Translations under genes and position numbers: made by a program
In this document: positions 27,701 through 37,524 of the stretch, piece by piece
Layout: each line of letters starts with the position of its first letter
How positions within the stretch are numbered: the first letter of the stretch is position 1
Assembly: GCA_050294405.1 (NCBI GenBank)
Contig: JBNKOC010000012.1
Location: 512,001 to 576,000, forward strand
Origin: Fibrobacteria bacterium
GTDB lineage: Bacteria; Fibrobacterota; Fibrobacteria; UBA11236; JADFYW01
Direction: 5' to 3'
Length of the DNA stretch: 64,000 nt
Notes under the pieces: generated by a model
What the model saw: only the letters and a program-made list of their open reading frames with translations
Database searches by the model: none
What the model was told of the DNA's origin: nothing

Positions 27701-29944
27701 ATGTTAAAGTTTTTTATCACCACCTTGGGAATACTGTCAGCGCTTGTTTTGAGTCCAAGCGCAGCGACAAAATTTCCCTTTCCTCAGCAAAGGACCTATC
27801 CAAGTGGAATTTTGCCCGAGGGAATTGATCATAAACATGTTCAAACAATTTACGATATCTGGCTTAAGGGGTATTATACAGAAAGCGGGGATCAGGCCAG
27901 AATTAAATTCGATGAACCTGAAAACACAGTGAGTGAAGGTATTGGATATGGAATGCTTATCATGGTATACATGGACAATGCCAAAAACAACACCCAGGCC
28001 AAATTCGACAAACTTTGGAATTACTACAAAGCCCATTCCAATAATGGCCTAATGGATTGGAAAATTTCAGGATTTGGCGGAACCATAGGCGGAGGTGCAG
28101 CTACGGATGCCGAGTTGGATGCAGCGGTAGCCCTTATTATGGCTTATGAGCAATGGGGAGACGAAAAGTACCTCAACGAAGCCAAAACCTTAATCGGCAA
28201 TGTTTACGCCCAGGAAGTTAAAAGCGACTACTTAGTTGGCGGCAGCCAATGGGTAAGTTATAACCCCTCATATATGAGTATAGTTGCGTTAGAATTGTTT
28301 AAAGAGGTAGATGGAAGCAGATGGAACAATGTTGTGAACACTTCCTATACATTGCTCGATGCGAGCCAGCACAACCAAACAGGCCTTTGGCCTAACTGGT
28401 GCGATATTAATGGCAATCCCGGCGGCGGCGTAGGAAACGACCCTACCGTATACGGCTTTGATGCGGCACGTACCCCCTGGAGAATAGGTTGGGCCTATCT
28501 TTGGCATGGCCATAGCCAGGCTAAAGCTTTAAGTTCAAAAGTGGTGGATTGGTTTATTTCCGAGACCGGCAACACTCCCGGGCTTATTGGCCAAAAGTAT
28601 AACCTGGATGGTTCCATTGCCACAGGCGCAGGGGGAAATATGGATAACATTCCTACCTTTCTCGGCCCTCTGGTAGTGGGCGGAGTAGTAGATCCCAAAT
28701 ATCAGGACTGGGTAAATAAAGGTTACAATCGCTTGCGGGCATTCGGGCCAACTGACGACAACTATTATAACGAAACCCTGGAGTTATTATGTATGCTCTT
28801 GCTTACTGGTAACATGCCAAACTTCCGTACTATTACTCCTCACACAACAGCGACCCTTGAAGTTACAGCAACTCCAAATGGCGCAGGAACCTTAACTATT
28901 TCTCCTGATAAACCCAGTTATTCCATTGGAGAACAGGTTACTATTACCACAGCTCCAAGTGGGCCTAATTTTACTTTTGTGGGATGGTCCGGCGACTATG
29001 TGGGCACAGCTCTCACAGCAACAGTGACCGTGGATTATAACATGAAAATCCAAGCGGTATATAAGGATGAAACAGCAAAAGATTTGGTGGATGACTGTGA
29101 AGACAACGATGCCAAAACAAATATGGGCACCGATTGGTTTACCTATACGGATGCAGCTGATGCCGGGGCTTCTGTTGTCACTCCGCTAACTGGCGGAGAA
29201 GACGCTCCTTTTACCATGGCAGCTGGCGGATACGAATCCAACTATGCTGCAAAAATAGAATTTAGCCTGGATCAGGGTGGGTTCGAATACGATCCTTTTG
29301 TGGGAATTGGATTCCAGTTCAATGAAGATCAAGTGCCGGAAGATGTCAGTGCTGCTACAGGCATTAGTTTTTACTACAAAGGCAGTTTTGGCGGCGCAAA
29401 TGCTGCTATTTACATTGAATGTGCCACTGTAACTGAACCCGGAGCAAACTACGGCATGCTTTTGGAACCAAGTGCGGATTGGAAAGAAATGCTGGTAACC
29501 TGGGATGACTTTCTACAACCTTCCTGGGCAGAACAGGTGGAATTGGATATGACTCAGGTTGAAAACTTTCACTGGCAAATTCAGGGAGACACAGGGGACA
29601 GCGGTGAACTTTGGCTGGACAATATCCGCTTGATTGGATACGAAATTGCAAGCCCCATTAAAAACCCTGCACAAAATAAATTTAAGGAAAATAAAGCTAT
29701 CCGTTTTTCACAATTGGGCAACCAATTGGAAATCCAATACTTCATTAACCAGGATAGTTATGTTAGCCTAGAGCTTTACGACTTATCCGGAAAGCTTGTT
29801 CAAACTCTGGAACAAGGAAATAAAGCTGCCGGGAACCATTCAGTTCTGGTTTCAGCCTCAGAAAAATTAAACTCTCATTCTCTTTACATAGCAAAACTTA
29901 AAAGCGAAACCAGGGAAGCTTCTGAGTTGATTATGATGCAATAA
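27701..29944 (+). CDS. GH8 glycoside hydrolase + B-repeat + CBM11-like module + C-terminal sorting domain
   Basis: Signal peptide; TVSEGIGYGML, AATDAELD, NPSY, GFDAARTPWR; FTFVGWSGD repeat; VDDCEDND...WFTYTD CBM11-like; LYDLSGKLV tail. ATG 27701 preferred. Confidence 0.9.
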   Translation: MLKFFITTLGILSALVLSPSAATKFPFPQQRTYPSGILPEGIDHKHVQTIYDIWLKGYYTESGDQARIKFDEPENTVSEGIGYGMLIMVYMDNAKNNTQAKFDKLWNYYKAHSNNGLMDWKISGFGGTIGGGAATDAELDAAVALIMAYEQWGDEKYLNEAKTLIGNVYAQEVKSDYLVGGSQWVSYNPSYMSIVALELFKEVDGSRWNNVVNTSYTLLDASQHNQTGLWPNWCDINGNPGGGVGNDPTVYGFDAARTPWRIGWAYLWHGHSQAKALSSKVVDWFISETGNTPGLIGQKYNLDGSIATGAGGNMDNIPTFLGPLVVGGVVDPKYQDWVNKGYNRLRAFGPTDDNYYNETLELLCMLLLTGNMPNFRTITPHTTATLEVTATPNGAGTLTISPDKPSYSIGEQVTITTAPSGPNFTFVGWSGDYVGTALTATVTVDYNMKIQAVYKDETAKDLVDDCEDNDAKTNMGTDWFTYTDAADAGASVVTPLTGGEDAPFTMAAGGYESNYAAKIEFSLDQGGFEYDPFVGIGFQFNEDQVPEDVSAATGISFYYKGSFGGANAAIYIECATVTEPGANYGMLLEPSADWKEMLVTWDDFLQPSWAEQVELDMTQVENFHWQIQGDTGDSGELWLDNIRLIGYEIASPIKNPAQNKFKENKAIRFSQLGNQLEIQYFINQDSYVSLELYDLSGKLVQTLEQGNKAAGNHSVLVSASEKLNSHSLYIAKLKSETREASELIMMQ

Positions 29945-29970
29945 TTGGATGAGTAAAAAAGTTTCCTAAA

Positions 29971-30003
29971 ACAAAAAAGGCACTGAAAAGTGCCTTTTTT
30001 TGT
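29971..30003. terminator. bidirectional intrinsic terminator
   Basis: ACAAAAAAGGCACT-GAAA-AGTGCCTTTTTTTGT between convergent GH8 and tRNA. Confidence 0.9.
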
Positions 30004-30080
<77 letters not shown>

Positions 30081-30165
30081 ACGAATTTTGTGTGCATTAA
30101 TCTAGCATAAATAATTTAAGATTCAAGGAATCTGGCACAATTTCCGGATTTTCTTGAAAGAACCT

Positions 30166-31509
30166 TTAAACACCAGCTTTATACACAGCATAGCCTCGGG
30201 GCGGAGCCCAAAATTGGCCCCAGCCATTTTCCTGTACTGGTTGCGGGTAGGGCATGTCTAATTGATAGGGGCTCCACCAGGCTATGGGTTTTAAGACCTC
30301 ATTGTTCCATTGGGTGTGTACCCACTTGCCATTCCACCCATCTCCTCGATTATTGAGAACATATATAAGGCCAGGGTTGTTTCCTGAGCCTCTTCTTTGC
30401 ATGATATACAAGTTGTCATCTACCCATAGGGTATCTGTTTTGCCAGCTGCTAATTTTTCATGGACATATACTAGGGCGGCAATCCCATTTGGAGATCCTT
30501 CTTTAGCTAAACCCCAGTTGTAATAGTCTTGCCAAAAGACGCATGGATAACCTTCGTGAGTTAGGATGTAACTATAAGCCAAAAGTTTGTCATTATAAAT
30601 TGGGGGCTCACTACCGCCTCTAAAGTCATGGTTGTCCACAAAGGTAACAGCTCCAAAGGGATTGTCGTAAAATAAGGTGGAAGGGCCGCCTAAATTTCTT
30701 AGGCTGAATCCATAGCTATCGCAAAGGTTTTTTAATTGATATCGAAGGGGAAAATCAAATGCTCCAACCGGATTGTCACTCCAGTCATTCACTTCATGGA
30801 GCCAATCCTCAATTTCTCTGTCGCCGGCCCAGTTTTCTGCAACTCCATAAGGCTTAAATGGATTGCCATTTTTTACATAGCGTTCTTCCTGAATTGCTTT
30901 GGTTACCCAGGTGCCATAGCCTTTTACAAAATCATATCGAAATCCATCAAAGCCGATTTCTTCTATCATCCACTTGGCAAGTTTTAAGATTTCGGTATAT
31001 ACATACGGATTGCGGTGGCACAAATCTGGCATTTGGCCGAATTTTTTTTCATCCCAACTCTCGTATTGGCTTGGGTGAAAACAATCCCAGCTGCGTAAAA
31101 ATTTTCCGCTTTTAGGTTTGTTAAACAAGGTCCAACGCTTGACGCCATCAATGGGATTGACTTCTTCCTTATCTGCACCATTGTTGTGGTTTACAACCAT
31201 GTCTGCAATAACTGTCATGTTATTGTTGTGGGCTGCGTCGATTAAATTTAAAAGTTCCTCCTTGGAGCCAAACCAGGTTTTTTTAGCCCCCTTTTGTTGG
31301 TAATCTCCAAGATCATAAAAATCGTAAGGGTCGTAACCCATAGAAGGGCCATATATATTTGGAGGCTTATGGGCGGGAGGCAGCCAAAGGGATGTAAACC
31401 CCACATTGGCCAAGCCAGGTAATTTTCCCTGGATGTATTCCCACCACTTGTATTCTTTATTGTCTGTTTTAGGGCAGTCCCAGTAAAACGCTTGCATCAT
31501 TACTCCCAT
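30166..31509 (-). CDS. GH13 alpha-amylase resembling the Thermococcales-type subfamily GH13_7; no signal peptide
   Basis: MMQAFYWD, SMGYDPYDFYDLG, ADMVVNH, GFRYDFVKG (D), VAENW (E), FVDNHD (D), EGYPCVF. Confidence 0.88.
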   Translation of the reverse strand: MGVMMQAFYWDCPKTDNKEYKWWEYIQGKLPGLANVGFTSLWLPPAHKPPNIYGPSMGYDPYDFYDLGDYQQKGAKKTWFGSKEELLNLIDAAHNNNMTVIADMVVNHNNGADKEEVNPIDGVKRWTLFNKPKSGKFLRSWDCFHPSQYESWDEKKFGQMPDLCHRNPYVYTEILKLAKWMIEEIGFDGFRYDFVKGYGTWVTKAIQEERYVKNGNPFKPYGVAENWAGDREIEDWLHEVNDWSDNPVGAFDFPLRYQLKNLCDSYGFSLRNLGGPSTLFYDNPFGAVTFVDNHDFRGGSEPPIYNDKLLAYSYILTHEGYPCVFWQDYYNWGLAKEGSPNGIAALVYVHEKLAAGKTDTLWVDDNLYIMQRRGSGNNPGLIYVLNNRGDGWNGKWVHTQWNNEVLKPIAWWSPYQLDMPYPQPVQENGWGQFWAPPRGYAVYKAGV

Positions 31510-31689
31510 AATTCACTCCTTTGATATTAATTGGAAGAATAGCAGGTTCAAAAATTAAATGCTTCAAAAAAAATTTAAGTAATTGTTCGAATGGTTTTAA
31601 GGGATTTTGGTTTTAATAATGAAATGAACTAAATCTGGTGTTATTTAGAATTAGCAGCTTCAAATTATGTTATTTGAAAAATTTAAGAG

Positions 31690-32442
31690 TTATTTGGAGC
31701 CGTGAATGGCCTGGTCGAACTCTTTTAAAAGAGAAGCATCTTTGCTGACTTCAAACAAATTGCCAACCACAATGGCTTGAGCGCCTGCTTTCACCCTTTC
31801 GCTGGCGAGTTCCGGTTTGCGAATGCCTCCGCCCACAATTAGTTTAAGGTTGCAGGTATGCCGAACCATTTGAACCATTTCCACCGGAACGGGGTTCTTT
31901 GCTCCCGAACCGGCTTCCAGATATAAGTAGCGTTGTCCCATCATTTCTGCCGCCATAGCATGGGCTGCCGCAATTTGAGCCTTATCGGCGGGAATGGGTT
32001 TGGTATTGCTAATGTATTCCACCGCTGTGGTGCTGCCCGATTCAATAAGCATGTATGCTGTGGGAATAGGCTCAAGTTTATAGGCTTTGACCAGTACCGA
32101 ACCGCGAACTTGTTCGTCAATTAAAAATTGAGGATTTCTGCCTGATATCAGGGATGTAAAAAGAATGGCATCGGGCCCTGGAGTAACCTGTGAGGCTCCC
32201 CCTGGAAAAAGAATTATGGGCAGTCCGGTTTTTTCTTTTAAGCTTTTGGCTATTTGGGAAAAAAATGTATTCCCGATAAAAGAGCCGCCCAAAAATAGAA
32301 CATCCACTCCATTTTCTTTGGCTAACATGCCCGATTCCAATATTTTTTCGGGGGATTCTGAATCCGGGTCCAGCAACATAATAAACAAGGCCCCTTTTTC
32401 ATCAATGAGGCTGTTTAATTTTTGTTCCACTGGACCTGTCAA
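31690..32442 (-). CDS. geranylgeranylglyceryl phosphate synthase family (group II-like)
   Basis: LLDPD, FLGGS, PIILFPG, SLISGRNPQFLI, YLYLEAGSGA, IVGGGIR, VVGN; TTG start overlaps the alaS stop. Confidence 0.9.
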   Translation of the reverse strand: MTGPVEQKLNSLIDEKGALFIMLLDPDSESPEKILESGMLAKENGVDVLFLGGSFIGNTFFSQIAKSLKEKTGLPIILFPGGASQVTPGPDAILFTSLISGRNPQFLIDEQVRGSVLVKAYKLEPIPTAYMLIESGSTTAVEYISNTKPIPADKAQIAAAHAMAAEMMGQRYLYLEAGSGAKNPVPVEMVQMVRHTCNLKLIVGGGIRKPELASERVKAGAQAIVVGNLFEVSKDASLLKEFDQAIHGSK

Positions 32443-35108
32443 CTGCCCACCGCCTTACTTGCCATTTCACGGGCTGCAACAAAAATTTGGGGTTCCGCAT
32501 CTAACTTGCGGCAACCGGCCTGGGCTCTATCCGGGCGCCCGCCCCCTTTGCCATCGGCTAATTTTCCCAATTCTTTTACCATATCTCCCGCTTTAATTTT
32601 TGCATGAAGGGATTTTTCAACCAGGCTGAAAAGAGAGAGATTGTTGTCACTAACATATGTGAAAACAGCTATAGTGTTTTTTGGCATGCTTTCATGTAAT
32701 CCGTCCATTAATTCAGAAAGCTGTTTTTTATCTAACCCTTGGAAATGAGAATCCGCGCTTAAGGACTTGGCGATAAAATTTGCTTCGCCCAATTTTTCAA
32801 CGCCTTCCCAAATTTGTTTGGCAGCTGATAAAGCTTTTTCTTTTTTGAGCTCGGCGAGTTGCTTTTCGCTTTCTTTAAGCCGGTCATTTAATTCCAGAAT
32901 TTTTTCCAGTTCCTGGCCGGGCTTGATTTTAAGCTGTCCGGCGATGTTGTCCAGCGTGCTTGATTTTTGATTAAGCCAGTTTAGGGCCTGCATTCCGGTG
33001 ATGGCTTCAATACGCCTAACGCCAGCCGCGATGGAAGTTTCTTTGGTAATTTTAAAAAGACCGATATGGCCTGTATTACTAACATGAGTCCCTCCGCAAA
33101 GTTCCATGCTAAACTCACCCATGGATATGACACGCACTACATCACCGTATTTTTCTCCAAATAGGGCCATAGCCCCTTTTTTCTGGGCTTCGTCAAAAGA
33201 TAACATTTCCAGTGAAACAGGAAGGGCGTTTTGGATTTGTTCATTAACCAGGCTTTCCACTTTTGAAATTTCTTCTTCCGTCATGGCTGAAAAGTGGGTG
33301 AAGTCGAATCGCAAGTCTTCCGCTGCCACTCTGGAACCCTGCTGTTGCACGTGGTCCCCCAACACTTTTTGCAAAGCGGCTTGCAGCAAATGGGTGGCGC
33401 TGTGGTTTTTCATAATTGCAGAACGTCTGGGCCCAGTTACCTGGGCTTCTAACTGAGGATGGCTGGCATCCAGTTCGCCATTTTTCTCAATACATTTGTG
33501 AACTACCATATCTAATACTTTAAAGCAATCCACAACTTCCAGTTCTACCCAGTCGTTTTTCAAAAAGCCGGTATCGCCGATTTGTCCGCCAGATTCACTG
33601 TAAAAGGGAGTTTGGTTTAAAACCACATAGCTGAATTTATCGTCTTTACAAAACCGGCTGAGGGTGGCATTGGAATCCAACTGTTCATAACCCAAAAAGA
33701 CAGAGTCTTTGGATTCGTCTATAATGGTCCAATTTTCATCACTGGCCATGATGTTATCAAATTTGGCCGCTTTTCGGGCCCGTTCGTTTTGGGCCTTCAT
33801 ATGTTTCTGATAACCTTCTTCATCTACTGATAAACCATGCTCTTCGGCAATTAAGCGAGTTAAATCCAGGGGAAAGCCAAAGGTATCGTATAAGGTAAAG
33901 GCGTCTTCACCTGAAATACTGTCTTTGGAATCTGCCTTTGCTTTTTCGGCAAGCTTTTTGATTTTTTCCAAACCCTGATCCAGAGTTTTAATAAAACGCT
34001 CTTCTTCAGATTGGATAACCTGAATAATAAAGTTTTGTCTTTCTTTTAATTCGGGAAAGGCATCTCCCATAAGTTCTACCAAAACAGGCACTAGCTTGCA
34101 AATAAAGGGTTCTTTTTGATCCAGGTTGCGGGCATAGCGGCTGGCTCTTCGCAAAATTCGGCGAAGCACATAGCCTCTTCCTTCGTTTCCGGGTAAGGCT
34201 CCATCGGCAATAGCAAAACTTAAAGCCCGTAAATGGTCGGCAATAACCCGGTGGCTCATTCCAGGAGCTCCTCTGTCATAGGGCTTGCCCGATAAACGGC
34301 TGATACTGTCTATGATGCCGGCAAATATATCTGTATCGTAATTGGACTCCACATCCTGAAGCACGGCGCAAATTCTTTCAAAACCCATGCCGGTGTCAAT
34401 GTGTTTAGCAGGTAAAGGTTCCAAATCGCCCGAAGCCAGACGAGAATATTGAATAAATACTAAATTCCAGATTTCGATGTATCGAGCGTTTTCACCGTTC
34501 ACTCCTTCAATAACATCGCTGAAGCTGGCCTCTTGGGTGGCCAAATCACCTTTGTCGAAATGGATTTCGGAACAGGGTCCACAGGGCCCAACATCGCCCA
34601 TTTCCCAGAAATTGTCTTTATCGCCGAATTTTAAAATGCGATGTTTATCGATGTCCGTAACCTTAGACCAAAGCTCGAAGGCCTCGTCATCGCTGTGGTG
34701 CACCGTAACGAAAAGGCGGTTTTTGGGAAGGCCCCAAACTTCTGTGAGCAGCTCCCAGGCCCATTCAATGGCTTCTTTTTTATAGTAGTTGCCAAAGGAC
34801 CAATTGCCCAACATTTCAAAAAAGGTATGGTGGTAGGTGTCTTTGCCCACCACTTCCAAATCGTTGTGCTTGCCGGAAACCCGGATACATTTTTGGCTGT
34901 TGTAAACTCGGCTTAGGTTGTTTTTATTGTCTCCCAAAAAAATGGGTTTAAACTGATTCATGCCTGCATTGGTAAAAAGCAGGGTAGGGTCGTCGTTGGA
35001 AACCACAGGCGCAGACCGGATAAATTGATGCTCCTTAGATTTGAAAAAATCAAAAAAAGCGTCGCGAATCGCCGTGGAAGTCCATTTTTTAACTGTAGCT
35101 GTGTTCAT
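32439..35108 (-). CDS. alaS: alanine--tRNA ligase
   Basis: DPTLLFTNAGMNQFK, HHTFFEMLGNWSFG, DTGMGFER, NHSATHLL, ELCGGTHV, GKGGGRP. ATG 35108 preferred. Confidence 0.98.
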   Translation of the reverse strand: MNTATVKKWTSTAIRDAFFDFFKSKEHQFIRSAPVVSNDDPTLLFTNAGMNQFKPIFLGDNKNNLSRVYNSQKCIRVSGKHNDLEVVGKDTYHHTFFEMLGNWSFGNYYKKEAIEWAWELLTEVWGLPKNRLFVTVHHSDDEAFELWSKVTDIDKHRILKFGDKDNFWEMGDVGPCGPCSEIHFDKGDLATQEASFSDVIEGVNGENARYIEIWNLVFIQYSRLASGDLEPLPAKHIDTGMGFERICAVLQDVESNYDTDIFAGIIDSISRLSGKPYDRGAPGMSHRVIADHLRALSFAIADGALPGNEGRGYVLRRILRRASRYARNLDQKEPFICKLVPVLVELMGDAFPELKERQNFIIQVIQSEEERFIKTLDQGLEKIKKLAEKAKADSKDSISGEDAFTLYDTFGFPLDLTRLIAEEHGLSVDEEGYQKHMKAQNERARKAAKFDNIMASDENWTIIDESKDSVFLGYEQLDSNATLSRFCKDDKFSYVVLNQTPFYSESGGQIGDTGFLKNDWVELEVVDCFKVLDMVVHKCIEKNGELDASHPQLEAQVTGPRRSAIMKNHSATHLLQAALQKVLGDHVQQQGSRVAAEDLRFDFTHFSAMTEEEISKVESLVNEQIQNALPVSLEMLSFDEAQKKGAMALFGEKYGDVVRVISMGEFSMELCGGTHVSNTGHIGLFKITKETSIAAGVRRIEAITGMQALNWLNQKSSTLDNIAGQLKIKPGQELEKILELNDRLKESEKQLAELKKEKALSAAKQIWEGVEKLGEANFIAKSLSADSHFQGLDKKQLSELMDGLHESMPKNTIAVFTYVSDNNLSLFSLVEKSLHAKIKAGDMVKELGKLADGKGGGRPDRAQAGCRKLDAEPQIFVAAREMASKAVGS

Positions 35109-35207
35109 AAAATTCTGTTCTGCAAAGTTACAAAATTTAATACAGCTAACCGGCAAAATCCAATTTCTAGGCCAATTATGCCCTGTTTTGGTTCTTATTT
35201 TCCTCTA

Positions 35208-35303
35208 GAAGCATGTCGGATGTAAGCTTTGCATAGCAAGGCTGGGCGAAAAACCTCGGTATTACAGTCAGACGCAGCGCAAATGTTAAACCTGACAGGC
35301 TCC
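35208..35303. mobile_element. 96-bp internally deleted MITE copy, TA-flanked
   Basis: TA|GAAGCATGTCGGATGTAAGCTTTGCATAGC...CAGACGCAGCGCAAATGTTAAACCTGACAGGCTCC|TA; both ends match the reverse complement of the element at 52621-52812. Confidence 0.8.
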
Positions 35304-36335
35304 TAAGGGCACTTTTAGCGACCACCAGTTAAGGGGACTCCTGGGATTTTTTGCCTCGTCATAGGAATACAGAAGCTTGGGGATGCTGTCTGGGCCAAAA
35401 AGGCTGGGTCTTTTGAAATGCCATTCTCTTTGGTCGGGTATCAAATCGGGGCTGTGGGGCCAGGGGCGAATGCTTCCTTTGGGGAGAAGTTTTGCCAGTT
35501 TTTTGCTGTTCATGGAAACATTCCCAGCCCTGGGTGGAACAGGGCCGGCTTCATGGCGAAAACAACCGTGGAGCAGTTCGGGAGGGTAATTTCCCAGTCT
35601 GTTAATAATTTGGGCAATCTGGTACAGGGTCAAAGGAGCAGGTCCTCCTAAATGAAATAGACCTGGAGTGAAGTTGTCCAAAAAATGTTCCAGTACTAAA
35701 AGAACGTCCTGTATATATATATTGCTGCGCACTTCATCGTAATAAAGTGTGGCGGGGTTGTTTTTTTTGAAACGGGATTCAATCCAATCCACAGCTCCCG
35801 CGTGCCCGTTTAAACTGGGACCCATGGGAAGGGGGATGCGAAAAACAGCCGCCTTTCCATAGCCATCTAAAATTATTTTTTCGGCTTCTGCCATGGTTTT
35901 GCCGTAAACTGTTACCGGAGAAACGGGGCTTTGCTCGGTGTAGTTTCCGCTGGCAACACCGTCAAAAACCAAATCGGAAGAAAATCGAATGAGAGGAATG
36001 TCATATTCCCTGGCTAATTCCATGATTCGAACCCCAAAATCCGTATTCACCAGTTTGGCCATGGCGGGGTTGTATTCGCAGGATTTTAAAGCGCAACATC
36101 CGGAAGCATCAATCACAAATCTAAAGGAGTGCCTTTTGAAAAGAGCTACCAGGCCTTCTTTATCTTCAGCATCTAAAAAAGCTATTTGCGGGTGGGAAAT
36201 TTCCGATGTATGGCAGGGGGCCTGGCCAATAACATTGGCTCCATATTTACTCAAGAAATAATAAAAGGCGTTAAAGCCCGGAATTCCTGGGATTCCAGTA
36301 ATTAAAATGGGTCCGTTAAAAGCCTCTTTTGCCAT
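35286..36335 (-). CDS. RmlD-like (dTDP-4-dehydrorhamnose reductase family) SDR protein, atypical
   Basis: ILITGIPGIPG, FSSDLVFDG, YTE..PVSPVTVYGKTM, YYDEVRS. Confidence 0.8.
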   Translation of the reverse strand: MAKEAFNGPILITGIPGIPGFNAFYYFLSKYGANVIGQAPCHTSEISHPQIAFLDAEDKEGLVALFKRHSFRFVIDASGCCALKSCEYNPAMAKLVNTDFGVRIMELAREYDIPLIRFSSDLVFDGVASGNYTEQSPVSPVTVYGKTMAEAEKIILDGYGKAAVFRIPLPMGPSLNGHAGAVDWIESRFKKNNPATLYYDEVRSNIYIQDVLLVLEHFLDNFTPGLFHLGGPAPLTLYQIAQIINRLGNYPPELLHGCFRHEAGPVPPRAGNVSMNSKKLAKLLPKGSIRPWPHSPDLIPDQREWHFKRPSLFGPDSIPKLLYSYDEAKNPRSPLNWWSLKVPLGACQV

Positions 36336-36438
36336 GGGAATCCAAGTCTAATAATATGTTGGGTTTGGCGCAAATAAGGGAAGCTCAAGGATTAATCTGC
36401 GGATTTTGTTAAATTATGGCCCCAGGAATGCCATTTTA

Positions 36439-37524
36439 ATGAACAAAACCACTTCTATCTATCTCGATTTAGTTCGCTTTTTGGCCGCACTGCTGGTTTT
36501 TAACTCCCATTTAGTGGCTGAAAGAATCAGTGGGGGTATTCCCTATTTAAATGCCCTTTATCCTTTGGGCAGTGACAGTGTAATGGCCTTTTTTGTTCTC
36601 TCGGGATTCGTTATTTACCATGTGGCCAGCACAAAAGAAAAACAGTTTTCTGATTTTTTTATTTCCCGGTTGGCCCGTTTGTATTCAGTGGTATTTCCGG
36701 CCATTATCCTTACAGTTATTCTGGACTTAATTGGCCGAAAATTGGCTTTACCCATTTACGATGGCAATTGGAGCCAAGTAACTCAACCTTTTATTCGCTG
36801 TTTCATGAGTTTTACTTTTATGCATGAAATTTGGTTTTACACCATAAGGCCTTTTTCCAATGTTCCTTTTTGGTCTATAGGTTATGAGTTCTGGTATTAT
36901 CTCCTTTTTGCCTTTATGTTCTATACAAAAGGAAAAAAAAGAGTTTTTTTAATTTTACTAACATCGGCTTTTATAGGGCCAAAAATTTTGGTTTTATTTC
37001 CCATCTGGCTTTTAGGAGTGCTCGCCTATAAAATTAGCATTCAAAATAAATTGAAGACAATTTACGGCTGGGTACTATTTTCCTTTTCCATAGTGGGTTT
37101 TGCCCTTTACTTTTTGTTAGATGGCCACGGAGAACTTTTAACCTTTACCGAATCCTTATTTGGATCTGAATTCACTAATAAACTAGCCCAAACCAAATAC
37201 CTTTTTAGCGATTACATTGTGGGCCTTTTGGTGTTCGCAAATTTTATTGGATTTACAGCGGTTTCAGATGCTTTTTCTGGAATCTTAGGCTTTTTTGAAA
37301 GGCCCATTCGTTATTTGGCCTCTTACACATTTATCCTGTATTTGATGCATTACCCTTTGCTGGAATTTTTTGCAGCCTTAACATATAAGGAAAATACCCA
37401 AAGCTCAAACACCTATGTGCTGGTTATTGGGACTCTTTTTTCCATTTGGGCCTTGGGGCCTATTAGCGAAAAACAAAAGTCCAATTACAAAAAGTTTTTT
37501 TTAAAATTTGCTCCATGGAAATAA
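36439..37524 (+). CDS. acyltransferase family 3 (OafA-like) membrane O-acyltransferase
   Basis: YLDLVRFLAALLV, FFVLSGFVI, SRLARLY, FWSIGYEFWYY, YLMHYP. Confidence 0.9.
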   Translation: MNKTTSIYLDLVRFLAALLVFNSHLVAERISGGIPYLNALYPLGSDSVMAFFVLSGFVIYHVASTKEKQFSDFFISRLARLYSVVFPAIILTVILDLIGRKLALPIYDGNWSQVTQPFIRCFMSFTFMHEIWFYTIRPFSNVPFWSIGYEFWYYLLFAFMFYTKGKKRVFLILLTSAFIGPKILVLFPIWLLGVLAYKISIQNKLKTIYGWVLFSFSIVGFALYFLLDGHGELLTFTESLFGSEFTNKLAQTKYLFSDYIVGLLVFANFIGFTAVSDAFSGILGFFERPIRYLASYTFILYLMHYPLLEFFAALTYKENTQSSNTYVLVIGTLFSIWALGPISEKQKSNYKKFFLKFAPWK

